Source: Atractiella rhizophila
Lineage: Eukaryota
NCBI GenBank assembly: GCA_021432655.1
Contig: MU271189.1
Span: 1 to 64,000, forward strand
Length of the DNA: 64,000 nucleotides
Direction of reading: 5' to 3'
Within the stretch, counting starts at the first letter, position 1, and every line of letters begins with the position of its first letter. This document shows, one piece after another, positions 26,580 through 41,345 of the stretch. Below the pieces are notes generated by a model. It ran no database searches. It had not been told where the DNA came from and was given only the letters and a program-made list of their open reading frames with translations. The translations under genes were made by a program, and so were the position numbers.

Positions 26580-27091
26580 TGGGTCTCTGATTAAGTCTCT
26601 GATGTTCTCCTTTGGTAGGAAGAAGTCCTATTCAGTCATCCAGAGATGATTGACAGCAGCTTCTGGTATTGCAATATTCCTTCCAAACGCCTGACCAGTC
26701 GCAAGCGAGCACTCAAGCGCATCAAGCTACAACCGACTTCTTATACCGAGTCTATCACCAATCATCCTTGGCCTGGATTGGCGCTGGGTCTGGGGGTCTA
26801 GCAGAACCACAGGAGTAGTGAAGCTTGAGCAGCTTGTGAAGTGAAGGAAGTTGGAACGAATAGACCATGCGCACAATTTGGTCGTCTCAGCTTGAAACAG
26901 GTTCATCCATTCCATACCACATCCATCCCATCATGTCGTCTTAAAAGATTGTAAAGTCTGTAAGATGTTAAGATGTGACTGTTGGGATCGATCTTGTCCG
27001 ATCAGTGATCAGGTGTTGTTAGAATTTCCTGTTTGGACGTGGCTTTTGTGGCTATGCATTCAAATTCCGACAACCTTCTTCTTCGCCAAAA

Positions 27092-27100
27092 CGTATAAAA
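27092..27100 (+). promoter_or_regulatory. TATA box of the U1 snRNA gene
   Basis: GTATAAAAA about 30 nt upstream of the ATACTTACC start. Confidence 0.7.
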
Positions 27101-27126
27101 AGCAGGTCCCTCCATCAGTTATCTTC

Positions 27127-27303
27127 ATACTTACCTTGACCTGGCTTCTGGGGCTCAAGAAACCTGGGTGTCTGGTATGGGACTCGCGCATTGCACGGTG
27201 ACCCAAACGACCCACGGGAGTCCCATATTAGTGACGGCGCATCGCGTTGGCACGGGTCTGAATATTTGCTTAGGCGCGAAGTCTCTTTCGGGGGACTTGC
27301 GCT
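27127..27303 (+). ncRNA. U1 spliceosomal snRNA
   Basis: 5' ATACTTACCT splice-site-pairing sequence; helix H GACC/GGTC; loop I GCTCAAGAAA; stem II TATGGGACTC/GAGTCCCATA carrying the U1A site ATTGCAC (27190-27196); stem III GTGACGGCGC/GCGTTGGCAC; Sm-like AATATTTG (27261-27268); terminal stem IV closed by a TTCG loop. Confidence 0.9.
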
Positions 27304-28355
27304 ATAATTTTTTGTGACTCCGACCCAGCTTGTGAAAGGCATCCTTTCACTTAGTTGCACGCAAAACTAGTGACACCTTCTGTAAGAGTTGTAAAGTGTA
27401 GCACAATCCTCGTGAACATCTACCAGCTTCTGCAAGCAAAAATTGCTATTTGGCGTATGAAAGAATCGCGCCGAATGCCACCGAGCTGATTGTGAAACTG
27501 ATGAAACAGGTATTGCCCGTTCATAATCTTTCCATTCGTCTTGGTGCGTACTTCAAGCTCTTAAGTTTATGTGTCCCAACCTGGCGAGTTTGAATTCACG
27601 TACATCAGTGGATTGCACCAATTGTAGCGGGAGTCTCAAGCGACCTGATATCGACGACTGTAGGGGTCTTGTTATGACATTGCCTTGTTCCTGCTCGGAG
27701 TACCCGAAAACAATCTTGATACATTTCACTCGTCCTTCGCCAACAACTTATAGCCGCTGTTGGTGAGACCGGGTTCAGCTCAGCATTGTACTTGCAACAG
27801 CTTGGCAGCTGGGGTTGATGACAAAACTTAGTTTCCTGCTGTCGAATTTCGAAATTACTGGAATTCCAACAGCGCTTTGTGGTGCGAGTTCAAGCAGGCT
27901 CTCCCGCGGTCAACGAATTGAATTGAATTCTAATAACTCACCCATATTTCAAAGAACGAGTACTGGAATGAGAAGGATACCAACGCGTTGCCCAAATCAC
28001 TGGACCTTGCTTTACTACCACCTTCCCCCGTTTACCTACTGGGGTTAACTGACGAATTCAAATCTCAACATATTCCGCACAGAATGGAAATCTGTGGAAA
28101 GGCTTGGGCACAGCGCCTTCCCGTTGTCCGCCGTCATAGCCGCGGTCGATGCTGGAAAGGAGACCGTCTTCGCCAATTCACTCCCACACATCCATGCATT
28201 TGTATGCGTACACGAGCAGGGAGTTAGGGAGTGCCGCACTTTCCCCTCAGGTATAAATGAGAGGGGAATTTGCCCTTTTTCCCAACTCAGCTTTTCATTT
28301 TACGATATCACGGACTCTTACTCTTTCTTGCCTCTTGCTTCTTTGACGACTTAAC

Positions 28356-29003
28356 ATGTTGCTCTCATCTTCTTTCGTGTCTGTTCTCGCTCTCGCCGCC
28401 GCTTCTGTTTCTGCCACGCCAACCAAGCGCGACAACTGGAGTTCAGGAAAGGTACATGTTGTACAAGTTGGAGGGGAGAGGGGTAACATCTACACGTGCG
28501 TCCATTTCAGTCATCACTTTGGAAGTCTACTAACCTACGATTGCACACAATCTAGCCCTGAAGTCACTTATGCTGAAGTCGGCGACCGCGTCTTCTTCAA
28601 ATTTCTCACGAAGAATCACACCGTCACCGCCTCCTCGTTCGACGTTCCCTGCTCCCCGCTCTACGGTTCCTTCAACTCGGGATTCCAACCAAGTCAATTG
28701 GGCAATGGATCTATGGTATGTTTGGCTTTCCCTAACTTCTGTTTTGAGGAACCCTGTTGAAGTTGCCTCTGATGCTGCAGACTGGACCTGGTTTCGTGGT
28801 CGAGGTTTGGGATAAGAAACCGATTTGGTTCCATTGCGAACAGGGGAACCATTGCGAGGAGAACGGGATGGTGCGTTACTTTCTCTTCCTTTACAGTTCG
28901 TCAATCTAAACGAAGGGAACAGGTTGGCGCCATCAATCCTCCATCCGAAGGGAATACCTTTGACAGGTTCAAGAATAAGGCATTCGAGACCCCTCAGTGG
29001 TAA
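28356..29003 (+). CDS. Secreted cupredoxin-fold (blue-copper-like) small protein
   Basis: Signal peptide plus KR site; spliced product HVVQVG...AEVGDRVFFKFLTKNHTVTASSFDVPC...FNSGF...PIWFHCEQGNHCEENGMVGAIN. TATA at about 28252. Confidence 0.8.
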
Positions 29004-29379
29004 TTCTTCACGGATGAAGTCTCAGGAGCTTAGATGAAGATTGTGATGGACATTACTTTGTACCACCTTCCATGCAATGAAGCAGCTTCATTCACTTTAG
29101 TCCGAGTATGGTTGCTAGGATTGAAGTTGGCACATGTTCAACGATCCGTTTCTGGCAAGTAGTTCCTTAACCCTTGAGACCCAAATTTCATATCTTGGTC
29201 ACGATTGAGATATTCCTGCGTCCTGATGCGCCGATGTAATCAACGAGGAGAAAGGAAAGAAAGATACAGATTTTCATTGGATGGCATGGCAATCTTGATG
29301 TCAGTGACTCATAGTGTCTCTTCCCGGAAGGAACAATAAAAGAGCGAGGAACTTGACCTGGCCGTTAACAACTCAGGCA

Positions 29380-30055
29380 ATGGATAGAGAAATTAAGACC
29401 GACCGCCTCTTGTTACGTCCTACAAGTATAGAAGATGTGGAGGCATACTTTATGATGTGGACTGATCCTTTGGTTGCAAAATGGTCGTATGTAGATCCAT
29501 AAATGGGTTCGGCATTGTGGATTAACAGACACGGTCAGTATGACAGATCCGCCTACTTCCTTGGACGAGTCGAAGAAGAAACTGGAAAAAATCCTCGCTG
29601 GTCCATTCGTGCCAGAGTCCTACCGATCCAAGCTCCCATATTCACACGAATCTCCTTTGAACGTCAATTATAGCGTTGTGCTCCCGGACACTTCCACCGT
29701 CGTCGGTCGAATCTCTCTCGCGTGCAACATTTACGAACCATACGGCGTATTTCGTCCTTACGACATCGGCTACGGCTTTGCGAGCACCGCTTGGGGGAAA
29801 GGGTACGCATCTGAGGCCATGAAGGCGTTCATGGAAGCTTTGCCGGAGGATCTGAGGAAGAAGGCAACTGCGATTGTGTTGGGCAATAACGTGAAGAGCC
29901 TAGCAGTCATGCGAAGGGTAGGATTCAAGGAAACAAAGCGAGATTATTATCCTCTGGCGAATATCGATCAACGGCAATTGGAAGCTCTGAATCTCGTAGA
30001 GGAGGCGGCTAAAGGAGGCAACATGGAATTGATCTGGCACATGTGGAATGAGTAA
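29380..30055 (+). CDS. GNAT acetyltransferase (RimJ/RimL, Acetyltransf_3-like)
   Basis: IKTDRLLLRP, DIGYGFASTAWGKGYASEA, NVKSLAVMRRVGF. One intron at about 29487-29538. Confidence 0.85.
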
Positions 30056-30394
30056 TCTGGTAGACGGAGTATAAAAGACAGGGATATCTACCAACGTGGA
30101 GCTTACCAAAGCCTCAGAAGCCAGGCCTATGCATGCTGCATTGTTATTTATCACAGTAGAGACGTCCAAGAATCTTTCTGCCGTTCAGGACAAAGGGTGA
30201 CAGTCCATGTTGCGAGTCTCAATGGTTCAATGTGAAGATGGAAGGACTCCGTGAACATTAAACATATGACGCATTTGGACATGAGAACGGCAAACTGTTA
30301 CATGGACCAACTCTACTCTGTGACAAATTGAATCAGCTCAAAAATCCCACAGCGACAAGCATAGAGGTAGTAAGAGATAGAAAGGTGTAAGCAC

Positions 30395-32588
30395 CTAATC
30401 GCTCTCATCCTCCTTGGTGGCCTTCTTGGCCTTTTTCTCCTCCTTCCTCTTCTTTTTCTCTTCCTTCCGCTTCTTTTTCTCCTCCTCCGTCTCACCTTCC
30501 TTTCTCTTCTTCTTGCTCGGCTGGTCGATCTCAATTTGCTTATCTTCCTTCTCCACAATCTCGTGCTTCCTCTTCTGCTTATAAGAGTCGCCATTATGTA
30601 TCAGGTTTCAGGTGATATGATTGAGATAAGACACACCTTGCCAGCTTGATCTCCTTCAGCTTCCTCTAGAGCCTCCCCGTTGGCGGATACACCAGCAGCG
30701 GCTAGCTTCGCCTCCTTTTTCGCCTTCTTCCTAGCTTTCCGTTCCTCTTTCGTCTATAACAGAGGCGAACCCACATCAACCTCGGCTATTTAGGATTGAA
30801 CAAAAATGAACATACTTCCTCCTTCTCCCCAGCTGGTGGTTCAATATCGACGTCCATTTCATCCTCCTTCCTCCTCTTTTCCTTCTTCTCCTTCTTCTTC
30901 ACCACCTCGTCCACCTCCATAGCCACTTCATTCGCCGTCGCCGTAGGAATCAACGAGTCTGCATTGGTGTTATATCCCTTCCTCTTCGCGCTCCAATCCA
31001 GCTTTTCCATCTTCGCATCCCCATTCTTCCCTCTCTTCAGACTCCGAATCCCCAATCCCTCCTCCAAATTCCTAAGACGGCGTTCAAGCTTTGCACGCTC
31101 CTCAATACCGATCGTAGCACCCTCTTCACCTTCATCCCTCAAAGCATCTAGACGGATGGACAAGGCTGCCTTCGTGGCCACCATACGGGCCATCTTTCCT
31201 TTCAGTTTCGGTGGTGACATTCCTACAATGCTGGAATGGAAGATGAGTCCATACTTAGGCGTATCTTTCTTCGTCTTCAAAGCTCGAAAGAGTGCCTTCT
31301 CTGCTCCTAAAATCTGAATTGTGCTCGCCGGATGTTTGGCAAGATTGGACATGGACCCGGAATGTGCGATGAGACGAGCACCAACGAGCTCGCCGAGGAG
31401 AGCTGTGAGGTTGGGAGCGATGGTTGTCATTCGGGAAGAAAGGTAGGAGTAGAGTTCAGCACGGTAGGAAGTGATTGATATCACTTGGTCGCAGAGGGAG
31501 AGGATGTGGGAGAGATCGGAAGAGGAGATTTCGGTTCCCATGCTGATTTGGGAGGAAGCTTTGATGGACTCTTCTAGGTCTTCGGGAAGTATGGAAGAGA
31601 AATCGGTCTTGGAGGCGTCTGTCCGGAGCCCTGCTTCCACTGTGAGCCAAGGAGAAGTAGGACAGAAGTAATTGTCGAACCCATGGCTTTCACAACTTTG
31701 GCGTAGGCCAGGTTGTCGGTTATGATTTTGGCGAGTTCTGGAAAGTGCCATCCGTACCATTCCTTTTCAGTCAAGTCAGGTTACGATATCTGAGGAGAAG
31801 AGGGTAAACACGTGCCTTCACTCGCATGGAATAAATGTTGATCTCCTTGTCCAACTCGTCCAACAGTGCTACCGCCTGTACGACCATTGTGTCCACCTTG
31901 TCTGGTGAAAACTTGAGCTTATACCTATCAACCATCACGACGAATTTAGTGTTCTACGCTCACGAACAAGTAGTTGGGAAGAGACAGAGCGAACGAACCG
32001 AGAGATGGAATGACCAAGACCCAATCTCATGGTCGCCAGATCGCTCTCCTCCAAATTTGCTAAGCCCAAACTCGGATCTGCGTCCCTGAGTAACGTGTCG
32101 AGCTGGGATCTAATACCTCGAAAGAGGTCAAGGTTAGAAGATTCGGCGGCCTGCACAGGGATTTCAAGCTTCTTAGAGATCGCTCGAGCTAACACCACCG
32201 TCACATCAGGGCACGTCGCAACCAAGAGTAGAAACCAACCAAGCTCTTTCTCAGCGACAATCAGCGTCTCCTTCTCCTTTCCTTTTTTTGAGGAAGAAAT
32301 TGAGGAAGTTAGGAATTTCTTTAGGTTTTTAGACAACTTTCCATCCCCGATTGACGTGAGGTCTTCGACTGCCGTAGCTGTAGATTCGAATCGATGAATG
32401 GCCTGCAGTTTAACTCTGCCCATTCACACAAGTCAACGCTACTCTTGAGAAGAATGGCGGAGATCATACAACTCGGAGGCTGTCGAAGGATCGTCGAAGG
32501 ACTTGTACAGCTCTTTCGATGTCAACGCACCGGAATCGAGCAGGCGGAAAAGACAGTAGCCAAGGGGTGATTCAAAAAGGACGAGCAT
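30395..32588 (-). CDS. NOP58: Box C/D snoRNP core protein Nop58
   Basis: [93 protein letters not shown]-rich tail. Confidence 0.95.
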
Positions 32589-32833
32589 CGCGCCTGCCGG
32601 TATTGATTCTCAGGAAAGTCCTAAAAGGATAAGCAGAGACAGAGTTCACAAATTGAATAGAAAAGAAAAGAAGAAAATTTTGGGTCAATGATGCTCGATG
32701 ATGCGATTGATGCTGGCTAACACACGTGCCTGAAACGCGAAAAGACTGCGGTTCTTTCAACATCTACCCTTCTCGGCCACCACCATAGCTTGCTTTATTC
32801 CCATCTCAAAGCCCCAGATATCACGAACTCTCA

Positions 32834-34297
32834 ATGCCTTTACTGTACCATGATCTATTTCCACGACAAAACGGCGAGTCTCTAACTTTTCTGAAGAAAA
32901 GGCTCACTGATTTGGCGTGGTTGCAGCGGGAAGCTACGGTCCATCAGGTGCATTTTCTCCCACTCTTTCGTTGTACAACACTTCTGAACAACAATTTACC
33001 TGAAGGATATGACGGGCCTTATAACGACCAAGATTTTGAGCTGCATGCGCGCCTGTTAGGGACTCAAAACCTGAACAAGCAGGATGACACGTTACCGTTA
33101 GTTTGCCTTCTTCCTTCATCCTTCTTTGTCCCTAGACTAATGAATTACACAACAGTTCTGTTATCTTTTTTCTTGCATTCTTGGGGACGGGAGTATTTTC
33201 TATCTTACGATGGAGAAGCGAGTTTTACAGGACTAATCTACTCATATCCTTCTCGCAGTGGCGTCTTTCCGTAAATTCCCCAACATTTGCTCCAAGCGTT
33301 GTCAGCTAATACTTGCATAGTGTTTTTCTTGGGCTTCACAATCCGTTGTGGGCAGGCAAATGCAAAACCGGCAGATGTTACTAAACTTGGGATCATTGTC
33401 ACGCAGGTATGTTACCTGACCTCTGCCGACTCCGATTGACGAATCTACAGATCAGTCTCATAATAGCACACTGCTTATGTCTCGTTAGTTCACTTTCATA
33501 TTCTTCAGAAACGAACTTACAGCCCTCCCTCTTAAGGACGTATCGATAGTGCTCCTGCGAAACACGGTGATGTCAGCATATGGGGACATGGAGAACCGAC
33601 ACTACTCAAAGATGGTCACCAACATCGAACACGTCCTCCTCTACATTGCCGGTGTTCTTCAAGTAGTTGGATTTGTCTTTCTTCCCTCCCCCGGCTCCGC
33701 AGAACCTCCATCCGACCTCTCAACACACTTGCGCCTCGCTGGTGCTTGGGTTGGATTCTTCATCGTTATCGGAAACTTCATCTTCGCGGTCATCTGGAGG
33801 ATTACTGTCTACGATATCATGCCCAGCACTGTTTATATCTGGATGGGATGGAACTTTGTACGCCCTTCTTCCCTCTCGTCTCTTCCTCTGCAGCTAATGA
33901 TGTTACATATGCGCGGTAGCTAATGTTCCTTCCCGCCTTCTACAATTTCGTAAATGTGGCAGTAACAGACGACTCTTCGCCTTTAGTACACTCCAAAGCG
34001 CTTTTCTACGTCTCTTTCGGCCTTTTTCACTTCCTTTACATCCTTTGGTTGGCAGTCGTCAACCTTGGAGATAGGTGGGCACCGAGAATGCGACCGTGCG
34101 TCCTTTCTTGCCATTCTTTTATCTTCAGCGCGCCATCCAACACTCTTTGCAGGTATTTTATCCTCCGATAGACGAGCAACGCGATTCGGGATTATTGAGA
34201 AGGTCGCTGTGCATAGTTTATGCCTCAGGCTCATATGACGGATTACACCCACGATTTTACCCTTCATGGATTGTTTCCTGCTTGTGTCTGGGATAGA
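32834..34297 (+). CDS. Multi-pass membrane protein, possibly RTA1-like (boundaries approximate)
   Basis: Several exons encoding hydrophobic helices, including a last pair LMFLPAFYNF...SKALFYVSFGLFHFLYILWL. Confidence 0.45.
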
Positions 34298-34790
34298 ATC
34301 TCGCAAAATGTATAACTAGAACACACATGCTTCATTTTCATCATGCAACAATGGACAAAATTTATTCCAAAGGTGAACGTCAGATTAGTGACGTCGTGGT
34401 GGCTGCTGTCCAGGACTGATTTGACAAGACGTGAAGTATGATGCAATGTTTCAATAGGTCGAGAAATGTAAGATGTGCAAGGACAATCATTAATCATTAC
34501 TCCGTGTCCATGAACAAGTCGACGCTGTCAGAGGAAGTCGAATGAATAGACCTTTGGTTTGCGTCGTGCGCGTCGGTGGCGTGCCAATGGCCGACAATCA
34601 TTCCTTCACAAAATGCTCCAAGACCTGACCTGACCTTCTGTATTTCAGCTTCGATCTTTCTTCAAAAGAGCCAAACTCTCCATCTCTCAGGGGAAAACCC
34701 TTCAAGTTAGCACCTGCCTGCCAAGAAATTCTTTTGGTCCGTTCTCATCACCGCTGAGCCACGCTTCAGGCTTTCTCTCCAAAAGTTTAA

Positions 34791-35508
34791 ATGGGAAACA
34801 CTCAGTCTCAAGAGGGCAAGGCAAATGTCTACGGCCGCGAGATTAGACACATTCGCCTTGTGAACATCATGCCTTTCCCAAAGGCGAAGCCATTTTCGAT
34901 GCCTGGAAATGGGCCGGAAAACATCTTTGGGGTTATGCCAAGTAATGAAGTGGAGACGAGAGCAACGCAAAGAGACGAGCACAGGTTCAATTCGATGACG
35001 GCGAGGGCAAAATTTCCTGCTCTTACAAGAGCATGGGAGAGGAACAGACAGGAACAGAACAAAAGGATTGAAGTCACAGCGGACAGCTTTTTTTGGAGCT
35101 TTCTCATCTTACTAACTTTCTCCATTGTAGAACAAAAGGTTAGATACGACTAGAGGCTATAATTTTTACTAAGACAAATGAACCTACAGGCCGTAAACAA
35201 TCTGTTTTGGAACGGAATCGAACTGGTCGCTTTGTTCATCATGGGAGCAATGTGCAGGTTATGGGGTGAGGTAAAGGTCCCGTGAATAAGAAGGCCGTTA
35301 CTGAAAGTTTACCTAGCATAGGACGATGTTTCACAATCTCTTTGAGGCGATGATGCTGGAGAGATGGTCTCATAGAGAAAGGGAAGAATGGACTCCGGCT
35401 TTGCAAGACCTCATATTCTTCGTTTTTCTGTGCTGGTCTTCTCCAACAATTTTCACGAGCTGTGAGGACAACAAAGAATGGTTGCGGGATCTTGACATCT
35501 CGAACTGA
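34791..35508 (+). CDS. Hypothetical protein with possible N-myristoylation start (MGNTQS)
   Basis: ORFs 34791-35153 and 35326-35508 with intervening intron-like segments. Confidence 0.4.
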
Positions 35509-35877
35509 AGGGTGGTTATGTAGTGATAGCCCATCTCAGACCACGAAATTCTTGGACAGTCATAAAATTGACCATGACATTCTTGGAAGGGAATAAAATT
35601 GTGAAGGAGTAACAGGAAATTTTAGCTCCTCAATTTACAGCAACTCGGAGCACGATGTATCCATGCATAGAGAAGACAACAACACACCTTTAGAGGAGCT
35701 TCGAGACAACAGTTCCGTCGACATAAACCTACCATCCCAGTAGTGCAACAATCCATTTTCTTCTGAGATGAGATGAGAGTTGGAGTGAACGTTGAAATTG
35801 AAGGTTGAACGAACTTTCCAAAGTTGATGCATCGACACTAAAGTTCTAATTAATGCGTGAACAAAAGAAATGTCACA

Positions 35878-36848
35878 ATGAACCCTCTTCGCGTTTTCAC
35901 TCGCTGCGTCCGACGCTCCTCCACGTATGGCTGTGGCTCACCTGGTATACCGATATCCTTACTCATGCCACACTCTGACATGCAGCGTTCAGTGCCAAAA
36001 GTCACGATTCCAACTTTGCGTTCCATGCACCAAAATGGAACCCCAATCACCGTTTTGACGTGCAGTGACTACCCGACAGCCCTCCTATTCTCTCCCCATG
36101 TAGACATGCTCCTTGTAGGCGACTCTTTAGGCATGGTCACGCTGGGGTTACCGTCAACGAAGCACTTAACGCTCGAACAAATGACACACCACTGTGCCGC
36201 TGTCTCTCGAGGCGCTCCACGGCCTTTTCTTCTCGGGGACATCCCCTTCGGATGTGCAGAGATATCGGTTGAAAAGGAGTGGAGAGCGCGATCACCCTCG
36301 TGAAGGACGGAGGAGTGGACGGCGTAAAGGTCGAAGGAGGAGAAGAGGTCGTTCCGCTGGTCAAGCGGCTCACATCCTTCGGAATTCCCGTTATGGGACA
36401 CGTCGGCTTGCGTCCCCAACGCGAAGCGTCCGTCGGAGGCTTCAAAGTTCAGGGAAGGACGGCAGACGGTGCGAAACAGGTGTGGGAGGACGCCGTGCGG
36501 ATCAGGGATGCTGGAGCCTTCGGATTGGTCCTTGAAGCTGTTCCTGCGGACTTGGGCAAGTGGATCACCCAGCGTTTGGGCATCTTAACGATTGGTATCG
36601 GGGCTGGGAACGGCACCAGTGGCCAGGTGCTAGTTTATGCTGACGCTTTGGGATTTTTTGGCGAGGACGCTCATAGACCAAGATTTGTGAAGAAATACGC
36701 AGACGTGAAGAACGTGATGGAGAAGGGTGTGAAGGATTATGTGGATGATGTGAAAACTAGAGCATTCCCGGAAGATGGGACGCATACTTATCGCTTTAGT
36801 AAGGGAGAATGGGATAAGTTTCAAGAGGACATGAAGGACGTTAAGTGA
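35878..36848 (+). CDS. ECM31: Ketopantoate hydroxymethyltransferase (PanB), with a 1-nt frameshift near 36275
   Basis: PITVLTCSDYPTA, LLVGDSLGMV, DIPFG, then in another frame GVKVEGG, PVMGHVGLRPQ, LVLEAVP, TIGIGAG, GQVLV. Confidence 0.9.
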
Positions 36849-36922
36849 TCTGTATGGCATTGGCATTGGATTTGTATATCGTACAATCAGGTGTTCTGAT
36901 AATTATCTAAAGCTAATTTTTA

Positions 36923-38016
36923 TCACATTTTAGTCATGGCCTCCTTCACTTCGGCTTCCAAACCCAACGCCTTGGGAAGCAATTCTTCACAGCCACCAAT
37001 AAAATTCCAGTCGAAAGGTTCTTCATCCTCCATCAAACGCGTACTCATCTTTTCGACATTGAATACGGCAACTTTCCCACCATCATCCTTGACCTGGTAC
37101 GCATAACCAGCGGCTGGCCAAACCTAGTGGGCATTTAATCAGCCCTCAACCTGAGGAGGTAGACCAGAATCGACTTACTTGAGCAGATGTACCGATGACC
37201 AAGAAGAGATCCACATCTTGCAACCACTTCTCTATAACATCCAAGTCCATTGGCATCTCTCCAAACCACACCACCGCGGGTCTGAGAAGTCCACCGCAAT
37301 TATCCTTCTTGCATCTTGGCAAATCCTTCTCTTCCACCCTTGGTTCATCGTATAGCCCTCCCTCCGCCGTGAACTGCTCCGTTCCTCTCAGTCCTTCACA
37401 GATAGGACTATCGAAATTTTGCTCCTGAGTTCCACACTTCGTGCAACGAGTATCGTGCACACGTCCGTGCATTTCAATGATGACAGGAGTCGCATCGCTA
37501 CCGCATCCAGATTGTGGGGAAGGCATGTTCACAACGTGATTTGGGGAAGGGAAGAAGGTTGACAGTGAGGGAGTGCGAAAGACCCGTGGTCCGAGCCCAT
37601 CCACATTCTGCGTGATATGTGCGAAACGGTCACATTTCGGTGCGACCTTGGACCTGAAAGAAGGCTGAGAAAACATAGCGAGAGCTACGTGGGCGGCGTT
37701 CGGCTTGCAAGTGAGGGCTTTCTCGCGCCTATAATGATAAAACTCTGTACCCATTAGTTGTTATCGAACTTCCACAGCTCTTCGATGTAAGGCGAAGACA
37801 CTCACGCCAAACTCGATCAGGATTCTCCGCAAACGCCTCCTCTGTAGCTAGGTCCGTAGATCTGTACTTTCTCCACAACCCTCCCGCTCCTCTGAACGTA
37901 GGAATACCGGAAGCAGCGCTCAAACCAGCCCCGGAGAGAACAACGACTTTCTGAGCAGTTAACAGAGCATTTTGAAACGATTGCATGTCGGACGATGACT
38001 CTTTGATCTTGGGCAT
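36923..38016 (-). CDS. Class III sirtuin (SIRT5/CobB-like NAD-dependent deacylase)
   Basis: [28 protein letters not shown] (YxxR), [12 protein letters not shown], CxxC...C Zn site, [22 protein letters not shown]. Confidence 0.9.
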
Positions 38017-38660
38017 GGTGCTGTAAAAGTTCTGAATAGCAGTCAGCTTCAAGATTTCTACGCTGTCCATGTTGAGTAAATGGCTTACTGGATCACCACT
38101 TTTCCACCCTGATGAGTTGCTCATCCTTCTGGAATAGAAAAACACGAACTGTGGGAATAAATTCAAGAGCGGTTTGGCGGCTTTCGCGTCGTGAGTCTAA
38201 TTCTCCGGCTGTCGGATTTTGGATGACTTGCCCTTTGTGTATCCGCAGCAGAGCAAATCAAGCTTTTGTGGACGCCCAGTTTAGGGTTCAAACTTTCAAG
38301 TTGGTGCGTTTTCTCAGTGTTTGAACCAGCGTTTGACCAGATGTGAAAAGTTTCTTACACTTCAGTTGCGTTGACTGAAGCCTTTCTCTTAGTTCCCTGG
38401 AAGAACGGCTCGCCCTTACTACCTCGTCAAGGAGATGCCAGAAACATGTCGAGGAGATGTGCAAGTCTTCCGCTCTCCTGGCAACAAATATTCGTGGCTG
38501 TGCACTCCATGATAAGCCGCGACCCCGCAAAGAGCAATGGGTTATCTCAGCGGGTTTGCCAGTCCCTATAAAACTAGCCTGAAAGAACACGGTCGACACT
38601 CGTCCCTAGTCCACCTTCAAACTTTCAGTCTTCACGAACCAACCCAGAACAAGCACAATT

Positions 38661-39236
38661 ATGGCGGATGTCGCTGCTATCGCAAAACAGTTCTTCGACC
38701 ATGCAGCAAAGGGGGAAACAGAACAATTTATCTCTTTGATTTCCCCAGATGCCAAGTGGTGGATTTCTCAAGACGAGAAGGATCCGAACACTCTAGCTGG
38801 GACATACGTCCGTTTTACCTTCCGGTCTCCTGCACCATAGCTGAAATCTCTATGAAGGATCTGCAAAGCTGGCAGCAAACCGTTGTTGCAAACATTTTGG
38901 GACGGATAGAAGGAAGACCTGCTTATAACATCTCGAGCTTGAATGTGAGGCTTCCACTCCTCAATTGTATCAGTAGGATTTAAATCGTATCTGTGGACAG
39001 GCATTTGGCAATCTTGCCGTGGTAGAAGTCTCTGCCACAGTAACCGAAAAGAGCGGGAAGAAAAGCACTAATAAGTAAGCCCCTGTTCGCACGATTCATG
39101 TGAACTAATGATCAACGTGTCATATAGTGAAGCCTGGTTCCTCGTGTTTGATGAATCTACTGGGAAAATCAAGGAGGTCAGGGAATATGGGAATACAGCG
39201 TTGGTGGCGGAGTTCCTGAAAAACAATCCGGCCTAA
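38661..39236 (+). CDS. SnoaL/NTF2-like fold protein, paralog 1 (4 exons)
   Basis: FISLISPDAKWWI...LAGTY...GNLAVVEV...AWFLVFDESTGKIKEVREYGNTALV. TATA at about 38568. Confidence 0.8.
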
Positions 39237-39673
39237 GGTTTTGAGAATAATTCATGAATACACCTGTGTATGTAAACCTTCAGCACTGACGACAATCTGC
39301 AACACGTAGCTTTGAAGCAAATGTATACATTAAACCGCATCTGCACAAGTGGTCAGGATCGACATCCTCATGTCTTCATCGATGCCATTCTTAGCATGCT
39401 AGAGCTTGTCAATGTCAACGGGATAGCTCTCTCGACTGCATGTAGTTAAGCTGGGTGCAGGAACTCACACGACGGGAGGACTGGGACTACTAGATGCTCT
39501 TTTCTAGGAATCAAGTCGATTATGGAGAAAAAGAAAAAGATTTTCATTTTATCGTTTACCGTTTAACGTAAGTTACATTACTTTGAGACATTCATCGACA
39601 TTTCGCCTCTTTATCCCACTGTCAGCCCAATCTTACGACACGGAACGCAAACGCAAACGCAAAACGATACAAT

Positions 39674-41345
<1,672 letters not shown>

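Noticed and set aside
38109..38142. CTGATGAG...GAAA as a hammerhead ribozyme core
   Set aside because: No stem II between the motifs and no flanking stems I or III.
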